Source: Candidatus Pelearchaeum sp.
GTDB lineage: Archaea; Thermoproteota; Nitrososphaeria_A; Caldarchaeales; Caldarchaeaceae
Assembly: GCA_015520425.1 (NCBI GenBank)
Contig: WAQC01000090.1
Location: 1-20,000, forward strand
Length of the DNA: 20,000 nucleotides
Reading direction: 5' to 3'
A model generated the notes under the pieces. That model saw nothing but the letters and a program-made list of their open reading frames with translations. It made no database searches and was not told where the DNA came from. Positions 15,220-20,000 of this stretch are shown piece after piece (within the stretch, counting starts at the first letter, position 1; each line of letters starts with the position of its first letter). Made by a program: the position numbers and the translations under genes.

Positions 15220-15888
15220 ATGGCGATTCATCTAGACTCTGTAAGAGGCTCTGCTGAGGTTGGTCTCTTCGGCCTAGCAACCGATAGATACCTCATAATT
15301 TCCCGTATAGTCTTGCCGCGTAAAATGCGCTTCTACGAAGAAGCCCTAGGCGTGAAAGCCGTACCAACAGTTCTGGCAGGCAGCACGCTCATCTCACCCT
15401 TCGCAGCAGCCAACTCCAATGGAATAATACTCACAAGCCTAGCCCTTGACGAAGAGGTTGAGCAGATAAGGAAGAGCCTCCCAGAAATCAGGGTTACAGT
15501 CCTAAACTCTAGGCTCACTGCGATAGGAAATCTGGTACTCTGTAATGACCATGGTGCTATACTTAGCCCTGTCCTGAGTAGGGGTGAGGTTAGGCAGATA
15601 GAGGAGACTCTGGGCGTGGAGGTGGTTAAGGCTGAGATAGCCTCGCGCAGCTATGTCGGCTCCGTCGCAGTGGCTACAAACGGAGGAGCCTTGGTTCATG
15701 TTGATATGGAAGAGGAAGACGCCCAGCTCATACGCGACGTGCTGAAAGTAGAGCCATCACCAGGAACCGTTAATGACGGCGTGAAATTCGTGCGCAGCGG
15801 CGTCTTGGCAAACACGAGGGGCGCCATAGTCGGCTCAAGAACAACAGGCCCAGAGCTTCTGGCAATCTCACGAGCCTTCGGCCCCTAG
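15220..15888 (+). CDS. eif6: Translation initiation factor 6 (aIF6/eIF6)
   Basis: 222 aa with pentein-repeat-like periodicity. Typical blocks: GSAEVGLFGLATDRYLI, NSNGIIL, AIGNLVLCNDHGAILSP, GSVAVATNGGALVH, GVLANTRGAIVGSRTTGPEL. AGGTGG lies immediately upstream of the ATG. Confidence 0.93.
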   Translation: MAIHLDSVRGSAEVGLFGLATDRYLIISRIVLPRKMRFYEEALGVKAVPTVLAGSTLISPFAAANSNGIILTSLALDEEVEQIRKSLPEIRVTVLNSRLTAIGNLVLCNDHGAILSPVLSRGEVRQIEETLGVEVVKAEIASRSYVGSVAVATNGGALVHVDMEEEDAQLIRDVLKVEPSPGTVNDGVKFVRSGVLANTRGAIVGSRTTGPELLAISRAFGP

Positions 15889-15939
15889 CATAATGGTTAT
15901 TAACGAAGATGGTACGTGAGAGCGGGTAGGTGGACTAGC

Positions 15940-16374
15940 GTGGCTTCTCAAGAGCAGCTGAACAGAGCCCTGGCCGAGCTCCAGCTACTAGAGCGCCTAA
16001 TCTCAGACTTGCAGGCCAGGGTTATGACGCTGGACAGCGCCGTGGATGAGCATGAGAGGACGCTAAAACTCGTTGAGGAGATAAAGAAGAACGGGGGCTC
16101 CTTATCAATCCTAATCCCAATAGGTGCTGGGAGCTTCGTGAAGGGCGAGCTGGTGAATGTGGAGAACATCCATGTAAATGTTGGGGCTGGTGTTATTCTT
16201 GTTAAGTCCCTTGACGAGAGCCAGCAGCTAATCATAAGAAGGACGGAGGAGCTTAGGAAGCTGAGGGAAGAGACGACTAAGAGGCTTGATGAATACGTGG
16301 CGAGGGCGTATGAGCTTCGGCAGTTCCTAGAGACCGTAGTAGCTAGGCAGCAGCAACAGCAGCAAGGAAGATAG
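15940..16374 (+). CDS. pfdA: Prefoldin alpha subunit
   Basis: Coiled coil, then beta hairpins (ILIPIGAGSFVKGEL...VNVGAGVILVKSLDES), then coiled coil. It sits at the conserved position between aIF6 and ftsY. I preferred the GTG at 15940 (TAGGTGGA plus a 6-nt spacer) over the longest-ORF GTG at 15916. The protein ends in QQQQQQGR. Confidence 0.82.
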   Translation: MASQEQLNRALAELQLLERLISDLQARVMTLDSAVDEHERTLKLVEEIKKNGGSLSILIPIGAGSFVKGELVNVENIHVNVGAGVILVKSLDESQQLIIRRTEELRKLREETTKRLDEYVARAYELRQFLETVVARQQQQQQGR

Positions 16375-16376
16375 TT

Positions 16377-17288
16377 ATGTTGGAGGGATTGAGAAAGACC
16401 TTCGCAGGCCTCGCGGAGAGGATAAAGACCACAAGCCTATCAGAGAAGGATATTGACGAAGCCATATCGCAGCTAGAGCTACATTTAGCAGCTAATGACG
16501 TGGCGCTGGAGGTTATAGACAAAATAGCCAACTCACTCAAGAACGAGCTAAGACAGATTAAAGTCCCCAGGTTTGGTAATTCTAGTGATTTGATTAGGGA
16601 AGCCATCTCAAAGACCATCCAAGGCTTGGTTTTGGAATCCAATCCTAGCGAGATTGTGGAGAGGGTTCGGGAGAACCAACGTAAAGGTAAGGCTACGGTC
16701 ATACTCTTCGTAGGCCCCAACGGCGGGGGTAAGACGACTACTGTGGTTAAGATAGCCAACTACCTGCGTAAGAATGGGTTCTCCTCGGTCATAGCCTGCT
16801 CAGACACCTTCAGGGCTGGGGCGATTGAGCAGCTACGAAGCCTAGCCGAGAGGTATGGCTTCTGGGTTGTCAGCCAGCACTACGGAGCAGACCCAGCGGC
16901 GGTTGCGGTAGACGCGATAAGAAGCGCCGAAGCTAGGAGAATACCTGTAGTGCTCATAGACACCGCTGGCAGGACGGAGGTTGACGAGGGGCTACTTGAG
17001 GAGATGAGGAAGATAAAGAGGGTTACGCGGCCTGATTTCGTGATTTATGTCGGTGATGCTCTCTCTGGTAATGTGGCCGCTGAGCAGGCGCGCAAGTTCA
17101 ACGAGTATGTCGGGATTGACTACGTTATCCTGGCCAAGCTGGATGCTGACGCGAAGGGGGGTTCGGCCATCTCCATAACGCAGATAACGGGCAAGCCCCT
17201 AATCTTCGTCGGGGTTGGCCAGGAGGTAGATGACTTGGACACAAGCCCGCGCTCATGGATTCTCAGAGCGCTCTCCCTTCCTGCTTAA
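16377..17288 (+). CDS. ftsY: Signal recognition particle receptor FtsY
   Basis: SRP-GTPase NG domain: GPNGGGKTTT (G1), DTFRAGAIEQL, DTAGR (G3), AKLDADAKGG (G4/TKLDG-type), and GVGQEVDDL (G5 region). Confidence 0.95.
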   Translation: MLEGLRKTFAGLAERIKTTSLSEKDIDEAISQLELHLAANDVALEVIDKIANSLKNELRQIKVPRFGNSSDLIREAISKTIQGLVLESNPSEIVERVRENQRKGKATVILFVGPNGGGKTTTVVKIANYLRKNGFSSVIACSDTFRAGAIEQLRSLAERYGFWVVSQHYGADPAAVAVDAIRSAEARRIPVVLIDTAGRTEVDEGLLEEMRKIKRVTRPDFVIYVGDALSGNVAAEQARKFNEYVGIDYVILAKLDADAKGGSAISITQITGKPLIFVGVGQEVDDLDTSPRSWILRALSLPA

Positions 17289-17308
17289 GAACTGGCTAAC
17301 ACCAATTC

Positions 17309-17980
17309 TTGAATGTAGCCCTGCGGTGGTTGATATTGCGCGGCTCCAGCGGGATAAAGCAACTTCTTGAGACGCTCAGCACGATAAGCCCCAAGGGCCC
17401 AGCGCCAGCGTTCAAACCCCAGCACCTCCTGTATGCCCTCCTGATACTGGGCGAGCGCGGCCCCCTGGGGAGGAAGAGGCTTTCCGAGAGTATGGGGCTT
17501 GGTGAGGGCTCTATAAGGACGGTTCTCCAGCGGCTACGTCGTCTAGGTCTTGTGAGCATGAGCAGAGGCGGTTATGGGCTTAGTGAGGTAGGCCGCGAGC
17601 TTTATGACGCGCTTTCGTCGCAGCTATTCGGCCCCCGTCTTGTCGGGTTTGAGCTTCCGATAAAAGCTAGGCATGCTGCTGGAGTCGTGGTTAGAGGCTT
17701 GGGCGAGGCGGTTAGGAGCGGGGTGGAAGAGCGCGACGCAGCAGTAAAAGCTGGCGCAGACGCAGCCCTTATCTTCATATTCAGAGACGGAAAGCTCCTC
17801 ATGCCGCCAGAGAGCAACATAACAAGCGAGCAGCCGAAGCTAGCCGAGGACATCTCACGAGAGTTTAAACCAGGCGAGGAGGATGTGATAATAATAGCTG
17901 GAGCGGAAGACCCCCAGACAGCTAGCTACGCAGCCCTCGCGGCTGGTTTAACGCTCCTCCAAGCGGGGAAACTAACTTAA
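17309..17980 (+). CDS. Winged-helix DNA-binding protein with an uncharacterised C-terminal domain (possibly the archaeal DUF4443 family)
   Basis: The N-terminal part LGRKRLSESMGLGEGSIRTVLQRLRRLGLVSMSRGGYGLSEVGRELY looks like a MarR/wHTH recognition helix plus wing. The C-terminal ~110 aa form an alpha/beta-looking domain. The start is uncertain: TTG 17309, with several in-frame TTGs downstream. The DUF4443 assignment is from memory. Confidence 0.45.
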   Translation: MNVALRWLILRGSSGIKQLLETLSTISPKGPAPAFKPQHLLYALLILGERGPLGRKRLSESMGLGEGSIRTVLQRLRRLGLVSMSRGGYGLSEVGRELYDALSSQLFGPRLVGFELPIKARHAAGVVVRGLGEAVRSGVEERDAAVKAGADAALIFIFRDGKLLMPPESNITSEQPKLAEDISREFKPGEEDVIIIAGAEDPQTASYAALAAGLTLLQAGKLT

Positions 17981-18014
17981 TCTAGATGCACTAACCCACT
18001 AGGAAAGGGAGACG

Positions 18015-19265
18015 GTGCTGCGGATGACGCTAACAGAGATTGACGAGCTGGTAAAACGTATCGTAAGGGGAGAGGTAAAGCTTCATGAAGTTGAGAAGCA
18101 TGTAAAAGACAGCAACACAGCTACGCGTGTTAGGAGGAGGGCAGTAGAGGAGATAGCGCATACCGACCTATCGCCGCTGGATGATAACGTTATAGACTTC
18201 AACGAGGTGGTTGGGCGAAACTGCGAGAACACAATAGGCTGCGTTAAGGTGCCCATGGGTGTTGCTGGGCCGCTAAAGGTGCGGGGAGACTATGCTTCTG
18301 GCGAGTATCTCATACCTCTGGCAACAACCGAGGGAGCTTTGGTCGCTTCAGTGAATAGGGGAGCCTCGGCGATAACCGAGTCTGGAGGAGCGGTAGTAAA
18401 GGTGCTGGATGATAAAATAACGAGAGCCCCCGTCTTCAAAACACCAAGCCTGGAGAAGGCGGTGGAGTTCATAGAATGGGTTGAGGATAACTTCGGCAAG
18501 ATTAAGGAAGTCTTTGAATCCACGACAAGACATGGGAAGCTTCTGCGGATAAGGCCGTATGTTGTGGGGAGGACTGTTTTCCTGAGGTTTGAAGCATCAT
18601 CTGGGGATGCTATGGGGATGAATATGATAGTGAAGGCAACCGACGAGGTTTCGCAGTTTATCCATGAGAGGCTTCCATGGGTTGAGAACATCTCCCTAAG
18701 CAGTAATCTATGCACGGATAAGAAGGCGGCTGCGATAAACTGGATTCTAGGCCGCGGGAAGTCGGTGGTTGCGGAGGCAGTAGTGAGCCGCGAGACCGTG
18801 GAGAAGAAGCTCAAGACAACACCTGAGAGGATAACCGAGGTTGTGCTGCGTAAGCTGTATCTGGGAAGCGGTAGGGCAGGCGTGTTGGGCGGGTTCAACG
18901 CGCATGTAGCTAACGTGATAGCAGCGCTCTTCCTAGCTACGGGACAAGACTTGGCTCAGGTCGTTGATAGCTCGCACTGCATAACCTACTGCGAGGAGCT
19001 TGATGATGGAGACCTCTACATCTCAATAACGTTGCCAACCCTTGAGGTTGGCACCATTGGCGGGGGTACGGTTCTCCCAACGCAGAGGAAAGCTCTTGAG
19101 ATAATCGGCGTGGCTGGTGGGGGGGAGCCCTCTGGAACAAACGCGCTGAAATTCGCCGAGATAGTGGCGGCAACCGTGCTGGCGGGTGAGCTTAGCCTAC
19201 TCTCAGCGCTAGCCGCGCACCACCTCGCAGAGGCTCACATGAGACTGGGAAGGAAGAAGAAATAA
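18015..19265 (+). CDS. hmgA: 3-hydroxy-3-methylglutaryl-CoA reductase, class I (mevalonate pathway)
   Basis: Class I HMGR catalytic blocks: ENTIGCVKVPMGVAGPL, IPLATTEGALVASVNRGA, SSGDAMGMNM, DKKAAAINWILGRGKSV, GFNAHVANVIAALFLATGQD, and LEVGTIGGGT. GTG at 18015 or ATG at 18024 as start. Confidence 0.95.
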   Translation: MLRMTLTEIDELVKRIVRGEVKLHEVEKHVKDSNTATRVRRRAVEEIAHTDLSPLDDNVIDFNEVVGRNCENTIGCVKVPMGVAGPLKVRGDYASGEYLIPLATTEGALVASVNRGASAITESGGAVVKVLDDKITRAPVFKTPSLEKAVEFIEWVEDNFGKIKEVFESTTRHGKLLRIRPYVVGRTVFLRFEASSGDAMGMNMIVKATDEVSQFIHERLPWVENISLSSNLCTDKKAAAINWILGRGKSVVAEAVVSRETVEKKLKTTPERITEVVLRKLYLGSGRAGVLGGFNAHVANVIAALFLATGQDLAQVVDSSHCITYCEELDDGDLYISITLPTLEVGTIGGGTVLPTQRKALEIIGVAGGGEPSGTNALKFAEIVAATVLAGELSLLSALAAHHLAEAHMRLGRKKK

Positions 19266-19270
19266 GACTA

Positions 19271-19606
19271 CTACCGCGAGTCTAGCCTACGCCTCCACTC
19301 CTCGGCTGGAAATCTCCTCTCCATCCTGCTCATCTCCTCCTCAACAGCCTTCTCCAAATCCACGTTAAACCTATTCGCCAGCTGTATGAAGAGGCTCAAC
19401 GCCTGAGCAAATTCGCTAGCCACGTCTCCATTTGTTGGGGCATGCCCAAGCTCTTGTAGTTTATACCCCTCGCGTTCAAGGATAAACCTACCAACCTCTG
19501 TTATCTCCTCTATGAGATGCGCGTATATCAGCGACTCTCTAAACTTATCCCAGCCCCGCGCCCTCTCAAACTCAAGAACACGTTTCTGAAGCTCTGATAG
19601 CCTCAA
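19271..19606 (-). CDS. MazG-like nucleotide pyrophosphohydrolase (small all-alpha NTP-PPase)
   Basis: 111 aa. Contains LSELQKRVLEFERARGWDKF, then LIEEITEVGRFIL..E and EFAQALSLFIQLANRFNVDLEKAVEEEMSRMERRF. This follows the E..E...E..D-type four-helix MazG pattern. Confidence 0.78.
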   Translation of the reverse strand: MRLSELQKRVLEFERARGWDKFRESLIYAHLIEEITEVGRFILEREGYKLQELGHAPTNGDVASEFAQALSLFIQLANRFNVDLEKAVEEEMSRMERRFPAEEWRRRLDSR

Positions 19607-19625
19607 CTCAAGGGATAATGAGGAG

Positions 19626-19934
19626 CTAGAGGAATATTTGGATGTGAGGTACGCCGTCTATCATTACTATTGCGCTCTCCCTAACCAGGCCCATCTTCAC
19701 GGCAACATTGACGGCGCGCTCACCCAAGAGATTGACTATAGTTCCCTGCTTGATGTATTTGTCCAGCTCATCCGCGTCTAGCAGCATTCCGCCGTAGAAG
19801 GACTTGCTGACATCCACGTAAACGCCTTCTGAGAGCTTTAGGCGTCTGCCGAGTAGCTCGCTGTCGCAGATAGCTACGACAACCTCGCCTGTTCTTGAGT
19901 GATGCACCTTAACCCAGCACCGCTCCTCAGCCAT
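19626..19934 (-). CDS. DUF424 family protein (conserved archaeal, function unknown)
   Basis: 102 aa. VVVAICDSELLGRRL....V.VDVSKSFYGG..LDADEL...IKQGTIVNLLGERAVNVAVKMGLV.E..IVMIDGVPHIQIF matches my memory of the DUF424/COG2412 pattern. Confidence 0.65.
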   Translation of the reverse strand: MAEERCWVKVHHSRTGEVVVAICDSELLGRRLKLSEGVYVDVSKSFYGGMLLDADELDKYIKQGTIVNLLGERAVNVAVKMGLVRESAIVMIDGVPHIQIFL

Positions 19935-19964
19935 CTCCGTCTTACATCCCTTAACAGCTTCAGC

Positions 19965-19978
19965 GAATAAAAATATTG
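19965..19978 (-). promoter_or_regulatory. Putative TATA-like element (CAATATTTTTATTC on the minus strand) for the DUF424/MazG gene pair
   Basis: An AT-rich block centred ~37 nt upstream of the DUF424 ATG at 19934. Confidence 0.3.
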
Positions 19979-20000
19979 ACTCCCCTATATCCTGCGTACG

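Noticed and set aside
16348-16365. A (CAG/CAA)6 tract encoding a QQQQQQ tail at the C-terminus of prefoldin alpha.
   Set aside because: It is a short in-frame homopolymeric tail at the end of a coiled coil. It is too short to count as a microsatellite or prion-like domain, and is probably neutral.
18290-18898. A 202-aa ORF antisense to hmgA. Similar long antisense ORFs occur at 16343-16759 (in ftsY), 10776-11186 (in lhr), 6783-7193 and 6793-7131 (in the ACAD gene), and 2670-3047 and 3192-3506 (in the M50 gene).
   Set aside because: Each lies completely inside a confidently identified gene on the opposite strand. Their translations are low-complexity and Ser/Arg/Pro-rich with no recognisable motifs. 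This is typical of shadow ORFs in mid-to-high-GC coding sequence.
1-20000. A search by eye for tRNA or rRNA genes, CRISPR repeats, IS elements/transposases, integrases, and long direct or inverted repeats.
   Set aside because: None was seen. Intergenic spacers are all under ~145 nt, and no periodic repeat-spacer structure or terminal inverted repeats were noticed. A tRNAscan/Infernal and repeat-finder run would be needed to exclude small ncRNAs embedded in or antisense to coding sequence.

Overview
Archaeal chromosomal segment, judged Thermoprotei/Crenarchaeota-like from its gene content (eL39, eL31, aIF6, prefoldin alpha, class I HMG-CoA reductase, Ard1-type acetyltransferase). By eye it is about 50% GC. 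It is almost fully coding, with tiny or negative intergenic spacers. Gene order, left to right: 3' part of cysS; a sugar-phosphate nucleotidyltransferase; an Ard1/Naa10-like N-acetyltransferase (-); an M50 site-2 protease; a degenerate LarA-fold protein (-); a probably leaderless three-gene coenzyme F420 side-chain operon (stand-alone nitroreductase-fold protein, cofD, cofC); an acyl-CoA dehydrogenase; a small membrane protein with a C-terminal zinc ribbon; and an Lhr-type SF2 helicase. Next, on the minus strand, is a translationally coupled three-gene operon. It encodes a half-length SMC-type ATPase whose head motifs look Smc5/6-like, a kleisin-like protein and a tandem winged-helix kite-like protein. 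After that come the conserved archaeal eL39-eL31-aIF6-prefoldin alpha-FtsY cluster, a wHTH protein, hmgA, a MazG-like pyrophosphohydrolase (-) and a DUF424 protein (-). I saw no rRNA, tRNA, CRISPR array, IS element or integrase. The best candidate for an under-described system is the compact SMC-kleisin-kite module at 11447-14599. Secondary points are the F420 operon with a free-standing FbiB-C-like nitroreductase and the neighbouring LarA-fold protein that seems to lack catalytic residues. All family assignments come from reading motifs by eye and from remembered family patterns. No database search was run.
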